From Candidatus Dormiibacterota bacterium (GTDB lineage: Bacteria > Chloroflexota > Dormibacteria > Aeolococcales > Aeolococcaceae): 64,000 bases of DNA. Positions 34,936 through 45,223 of the stretch are shown piece by piece; the stretch's first letter is position 1, and each line of letters starts with the position of its first letter. Both the position numbers and the translations under genes were made by a program. The DNA is taken from contig CAWBSL010000003.1 in NCBI GenBank assembly GCA_963791435.1, forward strand, positions 421,035 through 485,034. The letters run 5' to 3'. The notes under the pieces were generated by a model that was not told the origin of the DNA, made no database searches, and saw nothing but the letters and a program-made list of their open reading frames with translations.

Positions 34936-37314
34936 TTACTCGAGCGAGCCGCTCCGATCTGCTGCGGCGACCAGCTCGTGCAGTCGCTCGAGACGGCTCG
35001 AGCGCTCGCGGACGAAGCGCCCGATGCCCTCGAGGATGTACGCCGGCGTCAGGTGCGCTTCGTCCATCACCTCGTCGACTGATCCGCCGGTGCGCCAGCG
35101 ATTGTCCCAGTCGGCGCCCATCGAGTACTCGGCGGCGAGCGGTCCGTCGACCCAGTCGCGCATGAGCTTGACTGTACGGTTGGTGATGGCCATCGCATCA
35201 AGACGGTCGGCCGGCGCGAGCACGGCGTCGCGATACGAGGTGGACTGCAGCCGGAACAGCTGAGGGCTGATCGCGGCAACGATCTTGACGTTGAGGCCAA
35301 GCTTGTCGAGATCTGGAAGGAGCTTGACCAGGTTGGCAGTTGTGGTCGTGCCCTGGACGAAGACTGTGCCCATCGCCGGAGCGTCACCGCGGAATGCACG
35401 GAGCACATACGCGCCGCGAGCCGCCTCGAAGTGGCTCGGCATCCCCAGTGCATCGCGGTCGGGAATCTCGACGGCGGGGCGCGTCAGGTGCAGCGCGATG
35501 ATCGGGACGTCCGTCGCCAGGGCGGCAGCCAGGACCACCGGTACCTCGTTGTACTCCCACGGATGCAGGTCCACCACCTTGCCTTCCGGGAAGAGTTGCG
35601 TCACCCCGGGCTCGTAGATCCCGAAGTGGGTTCGCGAGTCCTCGGCAGTTTCGGGACCGGAATGGCCGGCGACCCAGAGCACCTTGCCGACCATCAACTC
35701 GCAGTCCTGCGCGAGCTGGCTGAAGAGGCGCATCTCGCCGTACTTCAGGTAGCTGAAGGAACCATACGTCGAACACGCACCCCAGAATCCGGTGAAGGAC
35801 TCGAACGGATCCGCGGACATGTTCACGGTGGCGAGCCCGACGATCATCCCGGCGTTGGTGAACTCCGTGATCTCGGTGGGGAGGAGCGCGCCATCCGGGT
35901 TCGTGTCCCGCTGATACCAGCCGGAGCCCGGCATGTCACCGAAGTCCTTGCCGAAGCCGGAGAGGTTTGTCGAGTCGGCGAGGTCGGCCGAGGCGGCGAT
36001 GAACAGTGGGCGTCCGTAGTCCTGTAGGGCCACAGCGTTGACCCATGAACTCCAGGCGCCGAATGCGGCGCGGTTGGCCTGCCGTTCTCCAGGTTTGCGA
36101 TAGATCGCGGCAGGATAGCTGAGGAAATCGGTCAGTCGCGGATCGCTGAACACCTCCGCACCACGACCGCGAACGGAAACCCCGGCGATCTCATCGGGAA
36201 CATCGCCCGCAATGGCCACGAGGCGATCGGAAATCGCGTTGACGGTCGCAGTGTGGTTCGAGAGCACTCCGGCTGCGCGGCGCAGATTGTCCGCGGCCTG
36301 CTCGAGCACGGCTGCCGCATCTGACGGCGCGGCTGCGTCGACGCCGGCATATTCCATGCCGTACTTCGCCATGAACGCCTTGCGCAGCTCCCAGAACAGC
36401 TCGCTGTTCATAGCGTGCGGCGAGCCGTGACTCTTGTTGTCGTACTTGAGGTATCCGCGTCCTTTGCGGGTGCGAAACCAGCCGACCGACGGCACGTGGT
36501 TGGGGTTCTCGCCGCGCGCGGCATCGAGGACCGTCTTCGTGACCGGCGCCCATTCACTCCCGTCCATGGTTCCGCTGACGCGCCAGTCATACGCGCCGAA
36601 CCACGTCGCCGGCGTTCCGGGCACCACCGACGAGGCCGCGAAGTCGTCGATGCCGTAGTCGTTCCAGTCGACCAGGAACACGAGGTTCGAGAGCCCGAGG
36701 CCCCATGCAGCATTGCGCGTCTCGTGACTGGCACCGGCGGTCAGCCCGCCCTCGCCTTCCACGACGAAAACACGAACGTCGCCCGCCCCAGCGAGCTTGA
36801 GCGCGAGCGCCTCACCTGCGGATGGCGGCATGCCGTGCCCTGAGGGTCCGGTGTTGAACTTGAAGAACAACGTCTTGCCTGCCATCTCCGGATGGCCTGC
36901 GAGGCCGCCACGGTGGCGCAGCCGGAGCAGGTCCTCGAAGGTCAGCGCCCAGCGCCCCTCATCCGGAAATGCGAAGGCTCGGTCTGAATCGCGGGATGCG
37001 CGGATGCGAAGGACCTCGTTGAGCGCCGCGAGCGTTGCGTAGACAACCGGAGCCGTGTGCCCCGCCGAGAGTACGAAGCGATCCGCAAAAGGCAACCACG
37101 GCCGGCGGATGTCCCAGCGCATCGCACCGGACAGCATCGTGGCGAGCAAGAGATGCACTTTCGAGCGCGAGCCTCCGGGGTGCCCGCTCTGGCGATAGTT
37201 GAGGGCAAGATCGATGAACTCATCGACGACGTCCTTGACGATTTCCCAGTCGGCGAAGGACGCCTCCAACTCGGCATACAAGCGCTCGACAGAATCGGCT
37301 TTCAGCGTCTCCAC
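34936..37314 (-). CDS. Long transketolase-family thiamine-diphosphate enzyme (about 790 aa)
   Basis: NYRQSGHPGGS, VVEGEGGLTAGASHE and HSGPETAEDSRTHFG correspond to transketolase TPP-binding and pyrimidine-binding blocks. I chose GTG 37314 (VETLKADS...). The ORF-track N-terminus (to 37908) is not protein-like and overlaps the M20 gene. Confidence 0.75.
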   Translation of the reverse strand: METLKADSVERLYAELEASFADWEIVKDVVDEFIDLALNYRQSGHPGGSRSKVHLLLATMLSGAMRWDIRRPWLPFADRFVLSAGHTAPVVYATLAALNEVLRIRASRDSDRAFAFPDEGRWALTFEDLLRLRHRGGLAGHPEMAGKTLFFKFNTGPSGHGMPPSAGEALALKLAGAGDVRVFVVEGEGGLTAGASHETRNAAWGLGLSNLVFLVDWNDYGIDDFAASSVVPGTPATWFGAYDWRVSGTMDGSEWAPVTKTVLDAARGENPNHVPSVGWFRTRKGRGYLKYDNKSHGSPHAMNSELFWELRKAFMAKYGMEYAGVDAAAPSDAAAVLEQAADNLRRAAGVLSNHTATVNAISDRLVAIAGDVPDEIAGVSVRGRGAEVFSDPRLTDFLSYPAAIYRKPGERQANRAAFGAWSSWVNAVALQDYGRPLFIAASADLADSTNLSGFGKDFGDMPGSGWYQRDTNPDGALLPTEITEFTNAGMIVGLATVNMSADPFESFTGFWGACSTYGSFSYLKYGEMRLFSQLAQDCELMVGKVLWVAGHSGPETAEDSRTHFGIYEPGVTQLFPEGKVVDLHPWEYNEVPVVLAAALATDVPIIALHLTRPAVEIPDRDALGMPSHFEAARGAYVLRAFRGDAPAMGTVFVQGTTTTANLVKLLPDLDKLGLNVKIVAAISPQLFRLQSTSYRDAVLAPADRLDAMAITNRTVKLMRDWVDGPLAAEYSMGADWDNRWRTGGSVDEVMDEAHLTPAYILEGIGRFVRERSSRLERLHELVAAADRSGSLE

Positions 37315-37611
37315 GCGCGCAGGATAGCCGGGTTGATCGCACCCGAGGCGCCTCCCCCGCCGGGGGATCAGCCGGTGGTGCGCCGGCGGTAGAGGTGTGT
37401 CGCGAGAGGCACGAACACCAGCAGGATGGCAACCGACCAGGCGAGTGCCGCGAGCACCGGTACGCCTGGTCAGTGCCGTGGGCGCGATCATGGGCGCATT
37501 GGTGCTCTCAGGAGATCTGCTCAAGAATGTCCCCTCGAATGAGCTGTCGGAGCTCATGCGGGACGCGATTGGGGACCTCCTGGTCAGCCGGCCGGCCACA
37601 AGGAGAAGGCG

Positions 37612-38829
37612 ATGACCACGACCAGCGTGCCCGACCTGCACACGTCGATCCACGACGTGGTGCGAAGCTCCGCCGCCGACCTCTTGACTGCTTCGCGCGC
37701 GATCCACGCGCTGGCGGAGATCGGCTTCGAGGAGGTCGAATCGTCGCGTCTGCTCAGCGGGCTCATCGCGCAGCGCGGATTTCAGGTCGAGCTCGGTGTC
37801 TCCGGCATGCCCACAGCCTTTGTAGCGAGGCGCGGCAGGAGCGGGCCACACGTGGCGTTTCTCTGCGAGTACGACGCGCTGCGCGGCCTCGGCCACGCGT
37901 GCGGTCATAACCTCATCGCGACGTCATCCGCGGGAGCAGGTATCGCGCTCGCGGAGTCGCTGCAGGCAGCCGGTGTCGATGCGCGCGTGACCATCGTCGG
38001 CACACCGGCGGAGGAGGGTGGAGGCGGCAAGATCCCGCTCTGTCACGACGGCTTGTTCGACGACTGCGATTCCGTGCTCATCTTCCATCCGTCGGACCGC
38101 ACGGCATCCGTGCAGTACGCGCTCGCGTGCACGCATTGGGAATGGGCGTTCCGTGGCAGGGCCGCGCACGCTGCGGGGCATCCCGACCACGGCATCAACG
38201 CGCTCGACGCGTTTGTCCAGGCGTACAGCGGCGTGTCGCTGTGGCGGCAGCAGCTGCGCGACGACGCGCGCGTGCACGGCATCGTCATCGAGGGCGGCAC
38301 AGCGCCGAACATCATTCCGGAGCTGACGCGCGGCGAGTATCTGACTCGCGCTCGTGATGGCGAGTACCTGCGCACGATGAACACGCGCTTCCGCGCGATC
38401 TTCGAAGCGGCAGCGCTCGCCACCGGGTGTGAGCTCGAGCTCGTCGAGCGCGAGACCTATCTTGACCTCAGGTCCAATGCAGTCCTTGCCGAGCTTGCGA
38501 AGACGCATCTCGCCGGCGTCGGACTCTCAGAGGATCACGTGGTGCCGTGGGAGCGCACCGGCTCCACCGACGTGGGTGACGTGTCCTACGCGGCGCCGAC
38601 GCTGCATCCGGAATTCGCCATCGCCGACGACGGCATCGGCCCGCACACACACGCATTTCGCGAGGCTGCGCTTTCCCCGCGGGGCGAGGAGGCGATGCTC
38701 AAGGCCGCCGAGGTGCTCGCGAGAATCGGCGCGGATGTGATCCTCGATTCACACGTGCGTCAGCGGGTTCGAGATGCGTTCCTCGCGCAGCCGCAGCACC
38801 GCGAGGAGTGGAGCGGTTCCGGCGCGTGA
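37612..38829 (+). CDS. M20-family amidohydrolase/peptidase
   Basis: GHACGHNLIATSSAG metal-ligand block and GTPAEEGGGGK. AAGGAGAAGG RBS lies before ATG 37612. Confidence 0.85.
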   Translation: MTTTSVPDLHTSIHDVVRSSAADLLTASRAIHALAEIGFEEVESSRLLSGLIAQRGFQVELGVSGMPTAFVARRGRSGPHVAFLCEYDALRGLGHACGHNLIATSSAGAGIALAESLQAAGVDARVTIVGTPAEEGGGGKIPLCHDGLFDDCDSVLIFHPSDRTASVQYALACTHWEWAFRGRAAHAAGHPDHGINALDAFVQAYSGVSLWRQQLRDDARVHGIVIEGGTAPNIIPELTRGEYLTRARDGEYLRTMNTRFRAIFEAAALATGCELELVERETYLDLRSNAVLAELAKTHLAGVGLSEDHVVPWERTGSTDVGDVSYAAPTLHPEFAIADDGIGPHTHAFREAALSPRGEEAMLKAAEVLARIGADVILDSHVRQRVRDAFLAQPQHREEWSGSGA

Positions 38830-38888
38830 CCGCCGGCCAGAGCTCTCCGAGGCTCGATACGACGGACACGGCTCCCTCGGCGCATTCC

Positions 38889-39909
38889 TCAGACGGGCGT
38901 TTCGGGCTTGCGAGCGCGGCTCGGCGCCACGCGTGAAGGCTCGTTCGGCATCTTCGGATACTGCGGCGGCCAGGGTGCGTCGGGAAGACCGGCGGCCGTG
39001 TCGCGTTCATGGAGTGCCAGCACCGGCTCGAGCGATTGTGGTGCGGACGACATCGACAGCCACGGGTCTCCGCCGGCTGCAACCCGCGGCGGGACGGTCT
39101 GGATGGTGAGGACGTCCGGCGTGATGTCTTCCAGCTCATCCCAGGCGAAGGGCGTCGAGACCTGCGCTCCGGGTCGAGCGCGCACCGACCACGCCCCGAA
39201 GATCGTTTTGTGCGGAGCGTTCTGGTTGAAGTCGACAAAGACCCGGCGTCCGCGTTCCTCCTTCCACCACGCGCCGGTGATGAGGTCGGGGCGGCGCCGC
39301 TCGAGCTCGCGCGCCACTGCCACGGCCGCTGAGCGCACTTCGTACGAGGTCCAGCGCGGCTGTAGGCGGACGTAGACATGAATTCCGCGGTTGCCGGTCG
39401 TCTTCGGCAGGCACTGCACGCCGAGCTCGTCGAAGAGCGCGCGCACATCCCGGGCAGCCTCGCGAAGCATCGCGAACGTGACGCCGGGGCTCGGATCGAG
39501 GTCGATGCGGAGCTCGTCAGCGCGTTCGGGGTCGGCTGCCTGCGACGGCCAGACATGAAACCCCAGGCAGCCGAGGTTCACGGCCCAGAGCACGTGCGCG
39601 AGGTCGGCGGCCACCAGTGCCTGTGAGGTCGTGCCGTTCGGGGTGCTGACGATCGTGGTCTCGAGCCAATCCGGACGCGAACTCGGGGACACGCTTCTGG
39701 AAGAAGGACGGTCCGCCTGCGCCGTTCGGAAAACGCTGGAGGAGCACCGGTCGCCCGCCCATGGCGCGAAGCAGCGGCTCCTCGACCGCCTGGTAGTACT
39801 GGACGAGGTCGAGCTTGGTGTCGCCGCGCTCGTTGAAATAGACCTTGCCGGGGTTGGTGATCGGCACCTCGCGCCCCGACGCCTCGATCAGAACGACGTC
39901 GTCAGCCAT
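38889..39909 (-). pseudogene. Stand-alone LigD polymerase/primase (PrimPol) domain protein with a 1-nt frameshift
   Basis: ITNPGKVYF and LQRFPNGAGGPSFFQK are in ORF 39517-39909. DWLETTIV..., KTTGNRGIHVYVRL and VFVDFNQNA are in ORF 38889-39692. The junction lies at the GGGG run 39685-39688. Confidence 0.8.
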
Positions 39910-39976
39910 CGAGGCCGAGCATAGACGCGGCGGCGCTCTTACGCGGTTCCCTGCGCTTCGGGGACAATCCGGCCAG

Positions 39977-41449
39977 ATGGAGGAACACGTAGTGGCTCAG
40001 GAATCCTCGGAGCCCCAGAAGTCCGACGAGGAGTCCGGCCAGGCCGAGGACTTCGCATCGCTCATCGACTTCCACCCCTATCGCGATCGCTTCGAGGCCA
40101 ACCACCGGATCCCGGTGGAGCCGCGGTCCCGGGAGAGCATCCTCGCCGAACTCGGCGCAATGGCCGATGAGGAAGACCAGATGGGGAACGCGGGGCGCGT
40201 CTCCGGCTCCATCTATCACGGGGGTCACGACCACTATCAATTCCTCATCGAGGCGTACGGGCTCTTCGCCCACGCCAATGTCCTGCAGCGCGACATGTAT
40301 CCGAGCGCGACGAAGCTCGAGGGCGAGATTGTGGCGATGACGGCGTCGCTGCTCCACGCCGAGGCCGTGGCCGAACATCACCCCGGCGAGGAGGTTTCCG
40401 GCGTCGTGACGTTCGGCGGCACGGAGAGCCTGATCAACCCGATGCTCGTCTACCGCGAGCGCGGTCGCATCGAGAAGGGGATCACGGCCCCCGAGGTGAT
40501 CATCCCGATCACGGCTCACGTGGCCCTGCAGAAAGCGGCGCACATGCTTGGGATCACGCTCCTCCAGGCGCCTGTCGGAGAGGACTGGCGTGCCGACGTC
40601 GACTGGATGCGTGATCACGTGACCGGGAACACCGTCGCGATCGTCGGATCGGCGGGGAACTACCCGCACGGACTCATCGATCCGATCGAGGAGCTGTCGG
40701 CGGTCGCGCTCGAGCACGACCTGGGGCTGCATGTCGACGGGTGCATGGGCGGTTTCATCCTGCCCTGGGCGGAACGTCTCGGTTACCCGATCCCGACCTT
40801 CGATTTCCGGCTCCCCGGAGTCACGTCGATCTCTGCCGACACGCACAAGTTCGGGTATGCCCTCAAGGGCACCTCAGTGCTGCTGTACCGCAACAGCACA
40901 CTCCGGCGATACCAGTACTTCAGCTACCCGGACTGGCCGGGTGGCATCTACATGTCACCGGGGCTTTCCGGGAGCCGCTCCGGCGGGATCGTCGCGGCAG
41001 CGTGGGCGGCGATGCTGAGCCTCGGCGAGCAGGGATACATGGAGATCGCCGAGCGCATCTTCGAGACTGCGGCGACGATTCTCACCGGCGTCGCCGAGAT
41101 CCCGGAGCTCGAGATCTTCGGCGATCCGACGTTCATCATCGCCTTCCGCGGGCGGGGCATCGATATCTACCACGTCAACGATTTCCTGATCAGCAAGGGA
41201 TGGCGTCTCAACGCGCTCCAACTCCCACCGGGCCTTCATTTCTGCGTCACCCGGCCCAACACGGCTGAGGGCGTCGCGGAGGCGTTCCTCGCGGATCTCC
41301 GCGACGCGGTGGCGTACGCGAAGACCCCGGGGCTCGGCCCGGCGCGCAGCGGCGCTCTCTATGGGCTCGGCGGCTCGCCGGAGGGCAATGAGGCGCTCGA
41401 CATGCTGTTCGCCGCAGCACTCGACGCCATGTACGACGTGGTGCCGTAA
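39977..41449 (+). CDS. PLP-dependent group II decarboxylase / sphingosine-1-phosphate-lyase-like enzyme
   Basis: SGSIYHGGHDHY, TFGGTESL and SADTHKFGYALKGTSVLLYR (PLP lysine). I chose ATG 39977 (MEEHVVAQ). Confidence 0.8.
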   Translation: MEEHVVAQESSEPQKSDEESGQAEDFASLIDFHPYRDRFEANHRIPVEPRSRESILAELGAMADEEDQMGNAGRVSGSIYHGGHDHYQFLIEAYGLFAHANVLQRDMYPSATKLEGEIVAMTASLLHAEAVAEHHPGEEVSGVVTFGGTESLINPMLVYRERGRIEKGITAPEVIIPITAHVALQKAAHMLGITLLQAPVGEDWRADVDWMRDHVTGNTVAIVGSAGNYPHGLIDPIEELSAVALEHDLGLHVDGCMGGFILPWAERLGYPIPTFDFRLPGVTSISADTHKFGYALKGTSVLLYRNSTLRRYQYFSYPDWPGGIYMSPGLSGSRSGGIVAAAWAAMLSLGEQGYMEIAERIFETAATILTGVAEIPELEIFGDPTFIIAFRGRGIDIYHVNDFLISKGWRLNALQLPPGLHFCVTRPNTAEGVAEAFLADLRDAVAYAKTPGLGPARSGALYGLGGSPEGNEALDMLFAAALDAMYDVVP

Positions 41450-41454
41450 GGGAG

Positions 41455-43015
41455 ATGGCCGAACCCTGGATCCTCGCGGTGGATCTCGGAACGGGAGGCC
41501 CGAAGACAGGCGCGGTCACGCTGGAGGGCGAACTCCTCGCAGTGGCCCATCGAACGGTGGAGACCACGTACACCGACGATGGGGGAGCCGTGCAGGATCC
41601 CGCGACCTGGTGGGACGGCATCCGCGAGGGCCTGGCGGAAATCCTCGGCCAGGGCGTTTCGGGCGGCGACGCGGTGGGAGTCGGCATCACCGGGCAGTGG
41701 GGATCGACGGTGCCGGTCGGGTCGAACGGTGACGCCGTCGGCCCCTGCCTCCTCTGGTCGGACACGCGTGGGAGGGCGCTCGCGGCCGAGCGCCTCGGCG
41801 GCCCGATCAGCATCGTCGGCTATTCGCCGGGCAACCTACTGAGCTGGCTTCGCATGACCGGTGGGGCGCCTTCGCCGGGTGGCGCCGACCCGCTGGGTCA
41901 CCATCTCCATCTCGCCATCCGTGAGCCCGGCATGTACAGCCAGGTGGAAACGTTGCTGGAGCCGCTCGACTATCTCGGCATGCGCTTCACAGGACGGCGG
42001 GCCGCAACCCAGGCCTCGATGATCCTGTCCTGGCTCACCGACAACCGACCTCGCGGCAGCGGCGGATACCAGCCGTCACTGGTGCGCCGCTCCGGTCGCG
42101 AGGCGGCGAAGCTTCCGGAGTTGATCCCCACCGGGAGCGTGCTCGGTGGCCTGCGTGCAGCCGTCGCGACCTCGCTCGGTCTTCCTGCGGACGTCCCGGT
42201 AGTTGCCGGCATCCCGGACCTCCACACCGGGTACATCGGCTCCGGTGCTGTGGCGCCATACGCGGGACACGTCACCATCAGCACCAGCGCGTGGATCGGC
42301 TGCGAGGTGCCGTTCAAGCGGACGGACGTCCTGCATCAGGTCGCCTCCGTTCCCGGGCTCCACGCCGGCTCGTATCTCGTCGCCAACAATCACGAGACCG
42401 CCGGCATCTGCCTGCAGTGGTTGCGAGACTCGGTCGGCGCGGGCGACGGTGTCGAGACCGCCGCGAACGCCGGGTACGAACAACTCACCGCGCTCGCTTC
42501 GACCGCTCCCGTGGGGGCGGGCGGCGTGATGTTCACGCCGTGGCTCAACGGTGAGCGCAGCCCTGTGGACGATCGGACGCTGCGCGCAGCGTTTCTCAAC
42601 GTCTCGATGACCACCGAGCGCGCGCATCTTGTGCGCGCGGTCCTCGAGGGAGTCGCGTTCAACGCCCGCTGGCTGCTCGAACTCGGTGGAGCGCTTCATC
42701 AAGCGCCCCATGCCGGTTCTTCGCATCCTGGGTGGGGGCGCCATATCCGACCTCTGGTGCCAGATCCACGCAGACATCCTCGACCGGCGCATCGAGCGCG
42801 TTGCCGCGCCGATGTACGCGAACCTGCGCGGCGCCGCGCTCTTCGCGTCGATGTCGCTCGGGAACATCGACCTGGCGGGCGCAGCGACGCAAGTCCACGT
42901 CGACGCAACGTTCGAGCCCGATCCTCGTGCTCACGCCGTGTACAAGCCGATGTACGCGGAATATCGGCGCCTCTATCATCGCCTCCACGGGATGTACGAA
43001 AGGTTGAACGCATGA
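41455..43015 (+). pseudogene. FGGY-family carbohydrate kinase with a 1-nt frameshift; the ORF track fuses it artificially to the downstream MFS gene
   Basis: N-terminus AVDLGTGGPKTG and FGGY middle blocks lie in frame 41455. The authentic C-terminus VERFIKRPMPVLRILGGGAISDLWCQIHADI lies in ORF 42629-43015. The junction lies at 42685-42686. Confidence 0.8.
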
Positions 43016-44223
43016 GCAGCACGGGGGTTCGCGCGCCTTCCATACGGTGGGCGATCCTTGTCGTCTACGCGGTCCTCGCCGCATGCACGCAACTGCTCTG
43101 GCTCAGCTTCGCGGCGATCGATACCAACTCCGCGCGTGTCCTGCACACCGACGTCGGCACCGTCGGTGACCTCGCGGCGATCTTTCCGTTCATCTACGTG
43201 GTGCTCGCGCTCCCGGTCGGGCGCTGGCTTGATGCCCGGTTCACGCACGCACTCGCGATCGGCGCCGTGCTCACCGGTGTCGGGGCGATCGTCCGAGTTA
43301 TCGCGCCTTCGTCATTCGTCGTGCAGCTCGCCGGGCAGGTCGTGATCGCCGCGGGTCAGCCATTTGTCCTGAACAGCATCACGAAGGTTGCCGCGCGGTA
43401 TTTTCCGCAGAAGGAGCGCGCGACAGCGATCTCGATCGGCAGCGTCGCGTTGTTCGTCGGGATCCTCGCGTCTGTCCTCATCGCGGCGCCGCTCTTCGCC
43501 GCGGGCGGTCTGGGGTTGGTGCTGGCCGTGGAAGCCATTCCGTCGGTCGTTGCCGGTGCGCTGATGCTGTTGTTGCTGCGCGTCCCCGCGATCTACCCGG
43601 ACGACGCGTCGACGTCAGTCAGCATGCGCTGGCTCGTCAACGACAAATTCATGTGGCTCCTCGCCGGTCTCATCTTCATCGGCATGGGCGTGTACAACGC
43701 AGTCGCGACGTGGCTCCAGCCGGTGCTCGCGAACTTTGGCGAGGGCGGCGCTGCGGGCAACCTCATCGCGGTCCTCACCGCCGGAGGCATCGTCGGCGCA
43801 GCGATCCTGCCGCCGATCGTGGCCGCGCGCAATCAGCGACGCACGATGCTGGTGGTCGCACTCGCATTCAGCGCGGTCGCGTTCGCCGCCACCGATCTGC
43901 AGCACGGCGTCGTCTGGCTCGGCGTGTGGTTCTTCGCAACGGGATTCGCGATCATGACCTGCCTGCCGGTCGTTCTCGACTGGTCGGCGATCCACGCAGG
44001 AATTGCGCGCGAAGGTGCTGCCGCCGGGTTCCTGCTGATGGCCGGCAATCTCGGCGGCGTGGTGCTCGTCCTGGTGATCCAGGTGTTGATGGGCAACGCC
44101 TACGTGCCGCTCGCCGCCCTGGCCGTCATCGGCGTGCTCGGGCTGCCACTTGCGCTCGCGCTACCGGGACGGTCAGTCGCCGTTCGCGCGCAGGCCGTCG
44201 CGACGCTTGACGGCGAGCGCTGA
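43012..44223 (+). CDS. MFS transporter
   Basis: MSSTGVRAPSIRWAILVVY... followed by about 12 TM helices. The ATG overlaps the kinase stop (ATGA at 43012-43015). Confidence 0.8.
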   Translation: MSSTGVRAPSIRWAILVVYAVLAACTQLLWLSFAAIDTNSARVLHTDVGTVGDLAAIFPFIYVVLALPVGRWLDARFTHALAIGAVLTGVGAIVRVIAPSSFVVQLAGQVVIAAGQPFVLNSITKVAARYFPQKERATAISIGSVALFVGILASVLIAAPLFAAGGLGLVLAVEAIPSVVAGALMLLLLRVPAIYPDDASTSVSMRWLVNDKFMWLLAGLIFIGMGVYNAVATWLQPVLANFGEGGAAGNLIAVLTAGGIVGAAILPPIVAARNQRRTMLVVALAFSAVAFAATDLQHGVVWLGVWFFATGFAIMTCLPVVLDWSAIHAGIAREGAAAGFLLMAGNLGGVVLVLVIQVLMGNAYVPLAALAVIGVLGLPLALALPGRSVAVRAQAVATLDGER

Positions 44224-45186
44224 GATGGCCTCGAGCAGGCAGCGATGCGCGTTCTGCGAGGTGAGTTCCGCCCAGTCGTAGGGCGGGGACACCTCGACGA
44301 CGTCCATGGCCACCACGTCCGTCCGCAGCACGATCTGCCGGATGGCACGAAGCAGATCGAGCGGTTGCATGCCCCCGGGCTCGGGAGTACCCGTGCCGGG
44401 CGCGAATCCGGGATCGAGCACGTCGATGTCGACCGAGAGATAGATGTGCTCGGGGCCGTCGAGCGCTTCGGCGATGGCGTCCTCGATGACCGGCGCCACG
44501 CCCCGGTCGCGGAGTTCGCCCATCAGATGCCAGCGCATCCCCTGCGCACGCATCCATTCGAAGACGTGCTTCGGCGGCCAGTATCCGCGCAGTCCGACCT
44601 GGACGAAGTTGCGCCCGGGCACGACGCCGGACTCGATGAGCCGGCGCATCGGAGACCCGTGCGAGTACAGGTTTCCCCACTGGTTGTCACCGGTGTCCGC
44701 ATGAGCATCGAAGTGCACGATGCCGAGACTCCCGGGAGGATACGCCGCCGCAACGGCGGTCGCCGACGGCCACGTGATGGAGTGATCGCCGCCGATCACC
44801 ATCGGGATGATGGAGCGTTGTGCGACCTCGCCCACGCGCGTGCGGATCGCGGTGTGCGACGCCTCGGTCATGCCGGGCAGGCACAGCGCGTCGCCGTAGT
44901 CGACGACCCGCAACACCTCGAGAGGCGCGACCTCGAGCTCGAGGTGCCACTCGGCCGCTTGATACGTCGCGGTTCGCACGCTCCGTGGTCCAAAACGGGC
45001 GCCCGGGCGGTAGGTGACGCCTTCGTCCCAGGGGGCGCCGACGATGGCGACATCGGGCTTCGCCTCGTCGAGCTCTGCCTCGTTTGTCAGGAGCGGGACC
45101 TTGCAGAACGTGGTCGGACCCAGGTACGCGGGGCTGTCGGCGTAGCGGTCCATCGCGGCGAAGACTATCGCTTCCGTTGCGGGCAA
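44173..45186 (-). CDS. Agmatinase/arginase-family ureohydrolase
   Basis: Mn-ligand blocks GGDHSIT, HFDAHADTGD and SVDIDVLDPGFAPGTGTPEPGG. Confidence 0.85.
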   Translation of the reverse strand: MPATEAIVFAAMDRYADSPAYLGPTTFCKVPLLTNEAELDEAKPDVAIVGAPWDEGVTYRPGARFGPRSVRTATYQAAEWHLELEVAPLEVLRVVDYGDALCLPGMTEASHTAIRTRVGEVAQRSIIPMVIGGDHSITWPSATAVAAAYPPGSLGIVHFDAHADTGDNQWGNLYSHGSPMRRLIESGVVPGRNFVQVGLRGYWPPKHVFEWMRAQGMRWHLMGELRDRGVAPVIEDAIAEALDGPEHIYLSVDIDVLDPGFAPGTGTPEPGGMQPLDLLRAIRQIVLRTDVVAMDVVEVSPPYDWAELTSQNAHRCLLEAISALAVKRRDGLRANGD

Positions 45187-45223
45187 TGGACCTCGGAGCG
45201 ACCGATGCCGTACAACTGCATCG

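Noticed and set aside
37315-37908. 198-residue N-terminal extension of the transketolase-like ORF.
   Set aside because: The translation is not protein-like and overlaps the start of the divergent M20 gene. The family-typical sequence begins at GTG 37314.
41455-44223. 922-aa ORF that looks like a kinase-transporter fusion protein.
   Set aside because: The middle about 110 residues are non-protein-like. The real kinase C-terminus is in another frame (42629-43015), and the MFS gene has its own ATG at 43012 overlapping the kinase stop. The apparent fusion is an artefact of a 1-nt indel.
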